A program made the translations under genes and the position numbers. From Eledone cirrhosa (taxonomy: Eukaryota): a stretch of 64,000 nt of DNA. Positions 36,901-58,100 of this stretch are shown here, in pieces. The stretch lies in NCBI GenBank assembly GCA_964016885.1, contig OZ024744.1, positions 51,026,001-51,090,000 of the forward strand. Direction: 5' to 3'. The notes beneath the pieces are model-generated. The model had not been told where the DNA came from. It worked only from the letters and a program-made list of their open reading frames with translations, and searched no databases. Position 1 is the stretch's first letter, and every line of letters starts with the position of its first letter.

Positions 36901-37208
36901 AGTTTTGTCGGAATGGACGTGCACGGCATTATAATCCTTAATAGAACGAATTCTATTCTTCAGGTCCTGCTGGAAGGAATTGCTCCTATTCCGAAATTTG
37001 ATACTCCGTATGAGTTCCAAGACATCATTTTCGAAGGGTAACAATGCTCGGAGGGTTATTATAGGTTTTAAACCCAAATGTATCCTGTTTGTTTTCTGCT
37101 TTTCCCTGATTTACGAAATAAAAGGCACGCCAACGTAACCTTTTAAATCCCGTTAAGGGTGAAAGCAGCGATTCTTTGCTTAAACTTTAATCTGTTATTT
37201 TAATAAAT
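33930..37208 (-). mobile_element. Penelope-like element (Hydra-like) with 3' UTR/pLTR and an inverted pLTR piece at its 5' end
   Basis: ORF 35755-37077 has SDKTGNLY, LKDHK, FIQFDINNYYSSI, GLYRDDGL and NYLDVTLNL. GIY-YIG remnant at 35200-35580. Segment 37148-37208 is an inverted copy of 34016-34082. Confidence 0.9.
34043..34091 (-). ncRNA. Hammerhead-like motif with CAGAAGA (U4A) core in the pLTR
   Basis: Minus strand: GTTT | CAGAAGA | TCCC-gttaa-GAGT | GAAAGC...TGCTT^ | AAAC. Copies at 55261-55311 (-) and 58425-58469 (+, 3'-deleted). Confidence 0.6.
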
Positions 37209-37256
37209 ATATATATATATGTATAAACATACACATGGTATGTACACACACACACA

Positions 37257-37315
<59 letters not shown>

Positions 37316-37334
37316 ACACACATATATATATGTA

Positions 37335-37760
37335 TATAATCAAATATATAGATGGAAAAATTAGCCTTTAAATCATTTTTAATTCCTTACGTATGTTTCA
37401 AGAGAGTTATACATTAAATTATTGGAATAATGTTAGGTGAAAATTCGTATAATCAATATCTAGACAAACACAATTTTTCATTATGTCAGTCGGTAGACTT
37501 GAGATGTCCCCCATCCTGTTTAAGGTGGGAATTGAATTTCAGTTATAGTCTTCTTCAATTTAATATGTTTTCTTTTAAAATCCTCTGAAGATGGAGATGT
37601 ACAAATTAAATCTGTATATCATTTTGTATGTATAGATATTGATTATACAAATTACATGTAACGTTCTTCCAATAATTTAATCTATAACTCTCTTGAAACA
37701 TATGTAAGGAATTAAAAATGATTCAAAAACTACTTTTTCCATCTATATATTTGATTATAT
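37335..37760. repeat. Fold-back pLTR-like element; hammerhead at 37581-37710 (+)
   Basis: 37335-37465 mirrors 37630-37760. Motif TCCT | CTGAAGA | TGGAGA..(about 90 nt)..TCTCTT | GAAAC-ATAT-GTA^ | AGGA. Confidence 0.72.
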
Positions 37761-37924
37761 TTGCTCTGTGTTTATGTCTACCTTTGCAACTTTTTCTCCC
37801 TAAAATATTTCCTTTCTCTTCAGCCTAATAATATATAAACACATTGAGCTAATTCTGAAACTACTTGGCAATTATGTACTATCATGTCATTCTCTACATA
37901 CATATGAGCTTTGTATATATATCT

Positions 37925-38925
37925 TTATCTTATACAGCAGGACCCGGTGTTGCACGGGGTAGGAAACATGAAATAGCAACACGCATATTCAAAGATTGAA
38001 GAATGTAGCTGTGTACTTTTTGAATTCCCTTATTCTCAGGGAATCATTGAGGAGCGATGTAGTCAATTGTGTGAAAACCAAGTAGGGATGTACGTTTAAG
38101 TAGGGAGATTGAGATGACGAAATCAGCGAGGCAACGCAGCTGCAGCAGAAGGGGTCATAGTGCAATTAGCACAAACGCTGGGCGGCACTGGTTGCACTGC
38201 GTTTACACAGTAACAAAGGTGCGACAAAAGGGGTCACCGTGGAATTAACACAACCGCTGTTCGATGTACTTGCCCAGGGCGTTCATATTGCGGTGTAGGT
38301 GCAACAAAAGGGGTCTTTGTAGAAGTAGCACAGACGTGAGTTTTACGGTGTCAATAATACGGCAACGTACACAGGGTCCGGATTTGCGCGTGATGAAAGC
38401 ACGAAGCGTCAACAGGGCGCCGACAAAAATTTTAAGGTCCTCCTCATTTCCTCAATCCCCTGAAAATGGTCCTGCTTAAAAGTAAGTGTTGTGTCCTCTG
38501 TTAAATAAACCAAATGTTTAACGAAATATTATAAGCTACTTACAATGTTTACGTAACGCTTATATTGAAAATGAAAATGGCATGTAATGCCCAATGCTAA
38601 TTCGTAAATTTTCTAGAAACCATTAATGGAATCTGAAATTTGTCTACAGCAATGCAAGGTGACTAACTAATGTGTGCTGCAAATTTCGAGGAAATCGGCT
38701 GGATTATCTTTAAGTTACGCCTCAAAAAAGCCTAAAAATGCCTTTAAAAATGCGGTTTTTCGCCTAGGGCAGAAAAAGATAATTTTAGCCCATTGCACTT
38801 CAAAAAATATAAGTAACGCATGTGTAAAGTTTGAAAAAAATCGGTCTGGTGCTTCTCGAGTTTTATGAATCTACACAGACAGACAGACAGACAGTCAGAC
38901 AAATATCCTCTGTTTTTATATATAT
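37925..38925 (-). mobile_element. Non-autonomous Helitron/Helentron-like element
   Basis: The minus-strand end has the hairpin CCCGTGCAACACCGGG. The other end has aaatcggtc..gagtttt..(gaca)n..tatata, typical of such elements. Confidence 0.55.
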
Positions 38926-38976
38926 ATATATCTGTATTTATATATATATATGTATTTATATGTATATACATATATG

Positions 38977-39046
<70 letters not shown>

Positions 39047-39049
39047 GAT

Positions 39050-45800
<6,751 letters not shown>

Positions 45801-46409
45801 TAAGCCTTATACGTCCCGAAGAACAGTACATTACTCAAGAATGTAATAAGCACTTTAACAGAAAATTAAAGTGGCTTAAACAGGCAAAGCTAAATCGGGA
45901 TACTATAGAGTATACCAATAGATATCCCGACAAAATTGACGGTATCAACATGGCCGACACCTCATTATCTGAAGAGTTCAACAATGAAAATACCAACATC
46001 TATGGAAACACGGAAATAGATAATAATGAAATGTCTGTGTTACGTCTGCCACCCAAATTTGCGACATTCAAGAAGGTAAATATGATTAGTTGTCTGTCAG
46101 AAATAGAAAAATCATTTACGAAACTACGCTGGAGCATCAAAAACAAAAACAAAAACAAAAGCAACAATATACGCACACACATATACAACACACATCCCAA
46201 CAACAACAGACACACAGACACAAACAACAATAACAACAACAATAGCAACATACCCAGATACAACAACAACAGACACGCAAACACAAACAACAATAACAAC
46301 ACACACAACAACGATAACACACACACACACGGAGACAACAACAACACACATCAACAACAACACACATCAACAACAACACACATCAACAACAACAACACAC
46401 ACGCATTCA

Positions 46410-49118
46410 ATGCCTCTCACCACAATCTTAACAAACACACAGACACAGAAAACAAGTAATGACAGTAGCACAGAAATCAGAGAAATAAGAGAAAGTAATA
46501 GGATTAAAAGGAAAAGGAAAAGGAGATGGGAGACTAAGGACAAAGAGAATAACCAAGACGAACACACAGACACACAAAATAGGGTAGATAACAACATTGA
46601 GCCAGTGGAAAGAGACAGGAGTAATTATGAGAGACATAGAAACAACCATGAAGCTGAGGCTGCTGCTGTTGGTGGAAATAGAAACAACACAACTAACAAT
46701 AACAATAGCACTAGTACATATAAAGCAGCAGCCTGGAACTCTCCGTTTTATAACCCCTCCGATAAATCATTCGACCTACGACGAGTCCACGCCACGACTT
46801 TGCCATTTAACAAACGCACGCAGTTGCCGTCGCAGGTCGATGAACAAACAGAGGCACAATTTAGTATAGCTAAATCCGAACTTAGAAATATTATAGAACA
46901 GTATAGCAAGAAGCATAATAGAATAGAGGCCCAGCAACTGGGAGAAGAATCTGCAAATGGCTTGCGTAAGCTCATGCAGCGCTCGCGTAATGGAGAGATA
47001 GCATGCTTTCCAACAGACAAGTCTGGCAGAATGTCGGTTGACAGCCTGCCAAACTACATCCAGGCAATGCAACCCCACATCACTAACACAAGAGAGGTAA
47101 CACCACAGGAGCATGAGGATAGAGAAAAAACCCTCAATGCCCATATGGTGATGTGGACAAATATAATGCAGCCCAACAAAAGGACTGCCAACAACTTCCA
47201 GGCCTGGAACAATGACGTGCCGGCGTTGTATGGGCTTCGTAAAGACCATAAAACGGGCTGGGACCCTGTCGCGGGACCACCAACACGGCCAGTCTGTGGG
47301 GCTAACATTGCTAGTAACTACAGACTGTCCTACTTCCTCTCCCTGATCATACGCCCCATCATTGAGATGTCCCCAGATGTGTGTGACAGCACGGAGGACC
47401 TCCTCAGCAGAATCGGCGCGGGTAACCGATCTGGGGACCTAACAAACTGCATAATAGGCAGTATGGATGTTGTGTCCCTGTATCCATCTATTGACGTGGA
47501 TTTTGCTGTAGAGAAATGCGTCGAAATGATCAGCGAGAGCAAGGTTGAGTTCCGTGGGATTGATACCAGTGAGCTGGGACTTCTACTTAAGCTTACCCAT
47601 AGTAATAGTTACCTAGACACTTATGACCTTAGCAACCTGTGCCCTACAAGACCAGCAAGAGGCAGACCACCTACCATTACCTCAATGGCCAAGAAAACCC
47701 ACACAGATAGATGGAACGGGGGGACCAGAGCCACACGGACACCCGAAAACCACGATGAACTGAAGAAAATGATTGCACATGCGGTAGGGGCCAGCATAAA
47801 ACTAACCCTTAAGGAACATATGTTCAAATTTAATGGTAAAACATATGCCCAAGAGGAAGGAGCAGCCATTGGTGTTAGCATTGCAGGCGACATAGCTAAC
47901 TTATTCATGGTATGGTGGGACAGTAGACTTAAACAAAAACTTAATGAACAATTAGAAGACAGCTTAACCCTGATAATGTACTCCCGCTACGTAGATGATA
48001 TAAACATCGTAGTTAAGACACCCCCACTAAAGAACAGTCAGGAACTAGAGAAAAACACAATGGAAAGCATCCAGCAAATAGCAAACTCCATCCACCAGAG
48101 CATTAGAGTTACTATAGACTACCCAAGTAGACACCCCAACCATCGATTACCTGTACTAGACACAGAGCTCTGGTTAGATACTATTAACAACCAAAAACAA
48201 ATCCTCCATTCCCATTATGCCAAACCCATGACTTCCAAACATCTGATCCACCGAAACTCGGCCATTTCGGACCATACCAAAATCAACATACTGATTGCGG
48301 ATTTGGTACGGGTGATGAGAAATGTGTCCCGCATGTGCAACCCCGAAGAACTAGAGAGACACATACAACACTTCATCCACCGTATGCAGTTCTCTGGCTA
48401 CAATCAGAGAGATAGAATCAGAGTGTATAAAGGAGCCAGAACCAAATGGGAAAAAATGGTAAATAATGACATAAATGGGACCTGCCCCTTGTATAGGAGC
48501 AAATTTTGGAATAGAATAGAAAGAACTAAGAACAAGGCCAATAGAATAAACTCATGGTATGATAGCAATAAATACCAGAGTGTTATGTTCATCAATACAA
48601 CCCCTAGAGGCGAACTAGCCTACAAATTTAGAAGGGCCCTAAAGAAACATAATCTCAATATTAAGATAGTAGAAAGACCTGGTACCTCCGTAAAAACACT
48701 TATTAGCAAGACATACCCGTTCCAAAGACCCTCATGTATAGATAAGAAATGTATAACCTGTAAAATAAGCCCCCATATTAACTGTAAAACTAGAAATGTA
48801 GTATATAGCATAAGATGTACTGAGGGACAATGTAGAAACAAAAATGTAGTGTACATAGGTGAGACAGCTCGTAGTATAGGGGAACGAATAAATGAACACT
48901 GGCGAGACCTCCAAGATAGTAAAGAATCATCTGTGCTCTACCAACATGCTAAGATAGAACACAGGGGTAAATTAGAGAGCATAGAAATAAAAATAGAATC
49001 CACACACAAGAAAGACGCAATGTTTAGGCAAATTACAGAGGCAGTAAGCATAAAAGAATTAAAACCAAAATTAAATAGAAAATATGAGTGGAACAGCAAC
49101 ATCACAACTTACAATTAA
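46410..49118 (+). CDS. Penelope-like RT + GIY-YIG, 902-aa open frame (Nematis-like); N-terminal part in 45746-46459 is in another frame
   Basis: PTDKSGR, LYGLRKDHK, RPVC, GSMDVVSLYPSID, GAAIG, SRYVDD, LPVLD, YAKPM, VVYSIRC..YIGETARSIGERINEH and LNRKYEW. Confidence 0.93.
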   Translation: MPLTTILTNTQTQKTSNDSSTEIREIRESNRIKRKRKRRWETKDKENNQDEHTDTQNRVDNNIEPVERDRSNYERHRNNHEAEAAAVGGNRNNTTNNNNSTSTYKAAAWNSPFYNPSDKSFDLRRVHATTLPFNKRTQLPSQVDEQTEAQFSIAKSELRNIIEQYSKKHNRIEAQQLGEESANGLRKLMQRSRNGEIACFPTDKSGRMSVDSLPNYIQAMQPHITNTREVTPQEHEDREKTLNAHMVMWTNIMQPNKRTANNFQAWNNDVPALYGLRKDHKTGWDPVAGPPTRPVCGANIASNYRLSYFLSLIIRPIIEMSPDVCDSTEDLLSRIGAGNRSGDLTNCIIGSMDVVSLYPSIDVDFAVEKCVEMISESKVEFRGIDTSELGLLLKLTHSNSYLDTYDLSNLCPTRPARGRPPTITSMAKKTHTDRWNGGTRATRTPENHDELKKMIAHAVGASIKLTLKEHMFKFNGKTYAQEEGAAIGVSIAGDIANLFMVWWDSRLKQKLNEQLEDSLTLIMYSRYVDDINIVVKTPPLKNSQELEKNTMESIQQIANSIHQSIRVTIDYPSRHPNHRLPVLDTELWLDTINNQKQILHSHYAKPMTSKHLIHRNSAISDHTKINILIADLVRVMRNVSRMCNPEELERHIQHFIHRMQFSGYNQRDRIRVYKGARTKWEKMVNNDINGTCPLYRSKFWNRIERTKNKANRINSWYDSNKYQSVMFINTTPRGELAYKFRRALKKHNLNIKIVERPGTSVKTLISKTYPFQRPSCIDKKCITCKISPHINCKTRNVVYSIRCTEGQCRNKNVVYIGETARSIGERINEHWRDLQDSKESSVLYQHAKIEHRGKLESIEIKIESTHKKDAMFRQITEAVSIKELKPKLNRKYEWNSNITTYN

Positions 49119-49321
49119 GGACAAAATGAAAACACACACACACATAGAACAAACAACTTACAATCGAAAACACACACAAAATGAAAACACACACAAGACA
49201 AAATGAAAACACACACACACATAGAACAAACAACCAACCAACAATAAATAAATAAATAAACAAACAAATAGAAAAATATAAATAGATAAATAGAAAAATG
49301 AACACAAACACACACAGACAC

Positions 49322-49377
49322 CCGGATGTGGCGCATGCGCAAACTGAGCACGCAACCCACACACAAACAAAATGGCG
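49322..49377 (+). promoter_or_regulatory. Clustered ETS-, NRF1- and YY1-like motifs in the PLE pLTR
   Basis: CCGGATGT at 49322, GCGCATGCGC at 49331 and CAAAATGGCG at 49368, within 56 bp. Confidence 0.55.
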
Positions 49378-49423
49378 TAGGATAGAAGAAAGGAAAGACA
49401 CAGAAACGAAGAACGAAATCCCC

Positions 49424-49468
49424 AGTCACTGAAGAGGTCACAGAGTGTGTGACGAAAGAACTATGACT
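49424..49468 (+). ncRNA. Minimal type I hammerhead in the PLE 3' pLTR
   Basis: AGTCA | CTGAAGA(G) | GTCACA-gagtg-TGTGAC | GAAAG-AA-CTA^ | TGACT. Confidence 0.85.
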
Positions 49469-49681
49469 ATATATATATAAACAACTATCTGGTTGTGGAA
49501 CCAACCAACCAACCAGAAATTTATAAATTTGTAAATTTATAAATATTTAATAAATTAAATTGAAGTGAAAGCAACTGGTGCGTGTGTTTCTTATTGGCAA
49601 CATGACCCTCCCAAAGTATAACAATATCGGTTTCAACACACGATTTCAGATAAAGAATCTTGCTTAACAAATTCAGAAACG

Positions 49682-49759
<78 letters not shown>

Positions 49760-49868
49760 AAAATTAATGATGGTATTCCGAAGTGCGTCTGAAAACAAAA
49801 ACACAGTTAAATAAGGTACTCAATTCACACATGTTGGTAGAGAATAAGTATGTTTATTTTATATAGAA

Positions 49869-51113
49869 TCTAGTTGAATTACCTGGCGTTTCCCGGGTTA
49901 CTGCTGTTCTTATTCAGATTAATAAACTGTAAATATAAAGATATATTTTTTTATCATAATTATTTCAAAATATCTATATTTTATTAATAAAACAATCAAA
50001 ATTGTAATGATAACAGAATTTAGAAATGAAAATCTGTCAATCTTGAAGCACCTCAGGGTAAACAATATTCATTGTGTAACTTTTTGTTGGTGTCCAAATG
50101 AATAAATTGTTGCTGCTTCCAACTCGTGAACAACCAACATAGAGTTGACCATGGAAGAAACATGTAGTAGAGAGATCAAGTCCAACTACCTTTAGGGATT
50201 GACCCTGAGATTTGTTAATTGAAATAACAAAACTTTGACTGGAAACTGAAGCCTCTTAAATTCAAATGGAACAGCTGTAGGTAGTTTTAGAATAAAGACA
50301 TTTTTTTTTCAATATTGTAAACAAATAAGTATCAACATCCAAAAGAAATACCTATTAATTATTATTTTTGTATACAGTGTAAAGTAACCAAATATAATCA
50401 AATGTATTAACTACTAATTCAACGGTATGAGAATGTAAATATAAACGAATAGACACACATACACTCACACAAACATACACTTTTAAAAAACACACACAGA
50501 CATACATTCATAGAAACATTCACATAGAGTTTCACCCACGAACAGACACGCACGCACTCACACAAACATACACTTATAAAAGACACACACATACATACTT
50601 TCATACAAACACACACATGCAGTTTCACCCACGAACAGACACACACTCACAAACTTATAAAAAATCACACACATACATACATTCATACAACGTTTCGTTA
50701 TGTCAGTCGTCACAGAAATGTATGTATACTGACACACACACACATACACTCTCACATACACTCACACATATACTTGTCAGTCATCACATATGTATATGTA
50801 TGTGTAGATGTGTGTGTCTGTTTAATTCTCTGAAAGCGCAAACACACACACTCACAGACACATACACACTCATATGCAAAATGTGTCATCGTCGTCGTCG
50901 TGGTGTTATAAAATATCTCTTTACTATAGTTGACTATAGTAGAATATTTGAGATAAAATGTTATATTGTTTTAATACAAATGAGAATAAAAATTACATGT
51001 TAAACCCGGCGTCTAATACTATTACCTAGTGACATTTGATTTGATTTGTTCGAGCCGTTTGAGAATGCATAAGGAAAAGACAGACAGAAGGACAAATAAT
51101 TTTATATATATAG
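49869..51113 (-). mobile_element. Non-autonomous Helitron-like element
   Basis: The minus-strand end is cccgggaaacgccagg..CTAG (hairpin plus CTAG). The opposite end has gccgtttgagaat..(gaca)n..tatatatag. Confidence 0.55.
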
Positions 51114-51389
51114 GGATGATTAAAACTGCTCCATTTAGGACGGGTGGACTATTGCAAAGAAAATGCACAAATAAATTGTTATAACGTCAGAATTATTTAT
51201 GGTATCTTTTTGGCTATCTGTGTTCTAAGTTAAAATCATACCGAAGTCCGACTTTGGCTTTCGTCCTTTCGAGGTCTATAAATAAAGAACCAGCCCAGTA
51301 CTGAAAGTGATTCTTCCTTTACTTTTCTTTCTCACCACCACCCTCTCTCTTCCCATCACTCTTTGTTTCTCTTTGTCTCTGACTGTCTG

Positions 51390-51467
<78 letters not shown>

Positions 51468-51596
51468 TCTCTCTCTCTCTCCCTCTCTCTCTCTCTCTCC
51501 TGCTTTCTGTCTGTGGAAGAAATCAGTTAATCGTGGAAAGGGTGGGCTCCACTAGGTTTAAAATGCCTAAGACACACTATATATGTATATATATTT

Positions 51597-51627
<31 letters not shown>

Positions 51628-51748
51628 GATATGATTATATATGTATATACATATATGCAAAAGTTTTATTTAAAATTGTTGGGTTACAACAAGTAAATAT
51701 TTTATAACTGATATAAAGCACTCGACAAGTTTTTGGAGTAGATATACG

Positions 51749-52096
51749 ATATTAAACAAATGGAAACTATATTTATAAAACCATATTTATTTCATTATAC
51801 ATATTTCAGGGATACCATATTAAAAATATGGCATGCCTTCGTCAGATAAAATACAATATATAACCAGTTTTATAAATAATTTTGACGTACCATAAGTATA
51901 GCGACCATTAGGGTAGGAAGCTGGCTTGGTACCTTAATGGTCGCTATATTTATGGTACGTCAAAATTATTTATAAAACTGGTTATATATTGTATTTTATC
52001 TGACGAAGGCATGCCATATTTTTAATATGGTATCCCTGAAATATGTATAATGAAATAAATATGGTTTTATAAATATAGTTTCCATTTGTTTAATAT
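51749..52096. repeat. Palindrome of two solo pLTRs; hammerheads at 51788-51853 (-) and 51992-52057 (+)
   Basis: Arms of about 160 bp. Motif TATTTTAT | CTGACGA | AGGCATGCCATATT-ttt-AATATGGTATCCCT | GAAAT-ATGT-ATA^ | ATGAAATA, homologous to 20280-20420. Confidence 0.87.
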
Positions 52097-52138
52097 TGTA
52101 TATACATATATATTTACACACACACATATATATATATA

Positions 52139-52215
<77 letters not shown>

Positions 52216-52217
<2 letters not shown>

Positions 52218-52401
52218 CGAAGGAAATGTGGTAAGGAACCAGGTGGACCATAACGCACCAAAGTACTCAATACTTGAGGTAGTAGAGTGGGTAATAGGAA
52301 CCAGTAAGACCCCGACAGCTGAGCTCAAGCCGTTTCGACGGCTAATTCTGAGAATTAGCCGTCGAAACGGCTTGAGCTCAGCTGTCGGGGTCTTACTGGT
52401 T

Positions 52402-52405
<4 letters not shown>
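52216..52405. repeat. Fold-back fragment with perfect 55-bp arms and hammerhead 3' halves
   Basis: Arms 52295-52349 and 52351-52405. Same family as 1504-1690. Confidence 0.85.
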
Positions 52406-53628
<1,223 letters not shown>

Positions 53629-53734
53629 ATACATATATATATGCGGTAGCTAGACACTGGATAACCATGTGTGAAAAACCATGTGCGTTAAACAGTCTTT
53701 TTAAATATTTTGAAGTGAAACATACCGATTTTTC

Positions 53735-53864
53735 TGGTGCTTGCTGAGGAGATAGAAATGCGGTATTCTTTCACTTTCATTTTTCGAAACTTATTTGGAT
53801 TTTAAGGTTTAAACCAGTCTACGGAACAGGTTTGATTTTGAAATTTAAATTTGTCCAAGCACCA
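53735..53864 (+). ncRNA. Type I hammerhead with extended stem III
   Basis: TGGTGCTTG | CTGAGGA | GATAGAAATG...CATTTTTC | GAAAC..(about 60-nt hairpin)..GTC^ | CAAGCACCA. Stem I is a perfect 9 bp. Confidence 0.83.
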
Positions 53865-54231
53865 CGGCCATTTGCCAATATACTTTGTTTTATTGATTTA
53901 TTATTTTAAATCGAGACAGGCAAACTGTATTATTATAATTAGTATTTTTCAATCTAGCTAACTTAGTCATTGACAATACAAACATGGATATGTTGGTATT
54001 TGTGTTTATCAAATATATTAATTTATATTAACTTGTATATATATATATGTATACTCTCTGCTCGAGTGGCCCATGGTTCCCAAACACTGATTTGTAAGAC
54101 TTCGCCAGGTGGTGCTATTAAGTTAGACATGGCCTGGGCCAATACTGGCCGAAACCTATCAAAGTTATCAAAGATATATTATATATACATATATATACAC
54201 ACACATATATATATACACATATATATAAATA

Positions 54232-55138
54232 TATATACAATTGAATATATGAGAGGGATGAACACCGATACAAGTATACATGTGTTCGAATTGCAAATGA
54301 CCATGTTAGCTAAGAAGAGCACAGGAATGGTGGCTTTCACTTAATAATTCTTGCGAAACAGATTTTAGATCTGTCCGGATATCAAAGGCTGTTGCCCGAT
54401 ATAGGTTTGTTATTTTTTTTGATTTATTATTTTAAATCGCGACAGGCAAACCATATTGTTTTAAATTAGTATTTTTTCAACTTAACTAACATGGTCAGTT
54501 GCAATTCGAACACATGTATACTTGTATCGGTGTTCATCCCTCTCATATATTCAATTGTATTACACGGCTCGGAAAGATTCCCTTCCTTGAGCTATTTAAT
54601 TGTAAAAGACTATTTTGAGTTTCTAACTGAATCTATGATATTCTCGGCTCCATACGTAGAGCTAACTTTAGTCTCATAAAACCGGCTGCTATTTTTAGCG
54701 GCATGAGAATGAGACGCGCTAGGCGCTGCGACATGTGCTTTTATATCAAGACATAGTTCAGTCTTCTTAGATCTTTTGAAGTGAAAGGTACAAATTTCCT
54801 GGATACCCGCAGAAGAGCACAGGAATAGTGGCTTACACTTAATAATTCTTGCGAAACAGATTTTAGATCTGTCCGGGTATCAAAGGCAGTTGCCCAATAT
54901 AGGTTTGTTATTTTTATTGATTTATTACTTTAAATCGAGACAGGCAAACCATATTGTTTTAATTTAGTATTTTTTCAACCTAGCTAACTTGGTCATTTGC
55001 AATTCGAACACATGTATACTTGTATCGGTGTTCATCCCTATCATATATTCAATTGTATTACACGGCTCGGAAAGATTCCCTTCTTTGAGGTATTTAATTG
55101 TAAAAGACTATTTTGAGTTTCTAACTGAATCTATGATA
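54232..55138. mobile_element. Retrozyme-like element, 498-bp monomer: inverted 80-bp piece plus about 1.65 copies (+)
   Basis: The GAAACAGA motif starts at 54355 and 54853. Segment 54232-54310 is the reverse complement of part of the unit. TA-flanked. Confidence 0.82.
54802..54881 (+). ncRNA. Type I hammerhead with CAGAAGA (U4A) core
   Basis: GATACCCG | CAGAAGA | GCAcAGGAAT...ATTCTTGC | GAAACAGAT-tttag-ATCTGTC^ | CGGGTATC. Confidence 0.8.
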
Positions 55139-55144
55139 TATATA

Positions 55145-58100
55145 TATATAGTAATAATAATAAATTTGAAGACTTAAATCCAAAGAGGGCTCGATAAGGA
55201 TAAATATATATCAAATATATAAGAACCGTAGAGAAAATATTTATTAAAATAACAGATTAAAGTTTAAGCAAAGAATCGCTGCTTTCACTCTTAACTGGAT
55301 CTTCTGAAACTAAAACGCAGAAGTAAATAATTCGAGAAACATTGCAGCCGAAGGAAAACAGGAAGACGATACTTTGGTTCGTGAAGACGTTCCCTGGCAA
55401 TGAACGAAAAAAAGCGAAGATAAAACGTCGTTATGTGGAGCGTTTAGAACAAATACACGCAAAGACAAAACCACGTTTATGGTATAAATGAAGTCGTAGA
55501 CTAATATTCTATTTAGGAAACCGAATGATATCTCGGCTTCTGAGTTAAGAATAATTGTTTCTACTTTTGGCACAAGGCCAGCAATCACCCAGTACATTAC
55601 TGGTACTTTATTTTATCGACGAATAATGTAAATAAATTAGTAGAACGATAATGACAGAGGTTATTAAAATCAAATAATTAAATATATACATACAAGCATC
55701 TATAAACGTACATACACAGGCATACGCAAAACACACACCATGCATGCATAAACATGCACGTACACATACATAAATCCGCGCGACACCTGTATCTGCACAC
55801 ATACGAACGTATACATCAAATACACATAACATTTTTTATATATATGTGTGTGTGTATGTGTGTATATACATATAATTATATAAACGTATATAAATATACA
55901 CACATAAATACGTATATAACGCACACGCACACATACATACAGGTAAAAACAATATGTTCACCAAACGTTTCGCCACAACCCGTCTATTCGGCTAATTAAC
56001 CTTACGAAGTCTGATTTAGGTAGACTTAGTAAAAAGGATTTTAGATAGAATTATACCTGAAATTAGAAGCTTGGCCCCTCTTGCACTGAAATAATTCTTT
56101 CGTGGCGATTGATTGGTTCAATGGCATATGCAACAAGGAACATTGCTTTTATCCAATTCGACATCAATAACTACTACTCCTCCATCACTTTACCACTTCT
56201 TCTTAGAGCTATCAATTTCGCTAAAACGCTCACGGTGGTTAGGGATTTCGAAGTTGATGTCATCCTCAACGCCCATAAGTCAGTGATTAATTTCGACGAC
56301 TCTATTTGGATAAAAAATCTAATAGTACCCCATTCGACATGAGTATAGGCGCCAGCGATTCTGAGGAGGTTACAGATCTTAACGACATTTTCCTTCTTTT
56401 CTCTATCAAGAAAGAATTCCCAATGTGGGTGGTGGTTTTTACCGCGATGACGGTGCGGTCCACGCGCTTGCGACAGGTTAAGAAAAGAACTCACAGCCTT
56501 CTTTAAAGGCTTCAACCTCTCCATACAGGTTGAGGCCAACCTCTCGGTCGTTAATTACCTCAACGTTACCCTCAATTAGTCGAATGGCTTGCATTATCCG
56601 TATAGAAAGCCAAATGATACGCTTAATTACATAAGTAAGCATTCTAACCATCCTGCCAGCATAACCAAGAACCTGGTAAGAAACGTTTCTTTGCGGCTTT
56701 CCCGTCTATCTACAAACGAGCATATTTTCACCGACCATTCCACATATTACAATGAAGCTCTTGCTCGTAGCGGATGTGTTGATAAGGTAGCATATACTAA
56801 GTATGAGCATAGACCAAGGAAAAATAGATCCCGACACATTATATGGTATAACCCACCATATAATATGGAGGCGACCACACCATTAGCTAAGATCTTTCTC
56901 TCCCTTATTAAGAAGCATTTCCCCTCAGCACATAAATATAATAACATTTTTAATAGAAATACCATTAAAATACCTTACACTACGGCTCCTAACCTTGCTC
57001 ATAACATCACTGTTTCAAATTTAGCTAAATTACCTAGCCGTAGGAACACGTGAAACCCTGTAGCTAGCACTAACTGTAATTGTAGGAATCGAGCTGACTG
57101 ATCTCTATCCGGGAAATGTCTCTCCAGTAACATTGTCTACAAATGTAAGGTCGAAGCACCCACGTCCCGTAGGGCTTACATAGGGTTAACCGCCAATAGA
57201 TTCAAGCAGCGTCTTTACATGCACACCCATTCTTTTCTTAACCCTTTTAAGAAGGAATATGACGTCACTTTCAGCTTATATCTGGAGTCTAAAAGACAAC
57301 CACATCCAATATAGGTTCCAGTGGGACATCCTAGCTAGAGCTAGATCGTATAACAGAAATAAAAGACCTTGTGATCTTTGCGCCGCTGAAGCCCTGGAAA
57401 TACTCTACGCCAATGATCACATCTTAAAAAAAAAAAATCTGAGGCAATTTCGGCTTGTAAACACAAATTGCATAAAACCTTCCTGTATTACAGCCCCACT
57501 TTATGCCCTAACGGATAGTACGAACAATACGCGGATAATTTACGTCTCGATGTGATAGCTAAGTATATTTTTTGCTTATACCATTACTTATTTGTATAGG
57601 TAAGTATACCTTACTCGTATGTTTTGTGAATGTACTTATACTTTCTCCTACGTATATATGCTTGTATTTGTTATAAGTGTATATATTATATTATATATAC
57701 TGGTATATGTGTATATGGTTATGTGTATATGTGTATTTTGTGTTTGTGTGCGTATGCGTGTATGCGTGTTTGCATGTACAATGTGTTTTGGTTGATGTAT
57801 GCTTGGTGAACATATGTGTTTTTACCTGTAGGTATCTGTGCGCGTGCGTTATATGCGTATTTATATGTGTATATTTATATACGTTTACATAATTATATGT
57901 ATACACACACACTCACACACACACACATCAATTGTTTTTATGTTTATTTGGTGTACCACAACAGCCACCGGACACGCCGACACCTAGTTGCACCGGACTG
58001 AACTCCTCACCCAGTTCGGGTGTTATGGACCTGCAGACCACCTTGGCAGCGAGTCTCCGGAAGACATTTCCCACGGCAATGGGGCGTATGCCACCCTCTT

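Noticed and set aside
50184-50286. Hammerhead-like AACTACC...GGAACAGCTGTA-GGTAGTT
   Set aside because: Stem I pairs, but both core segments are non-consensus (tttaggg, ggaa). At best a decayed relic.
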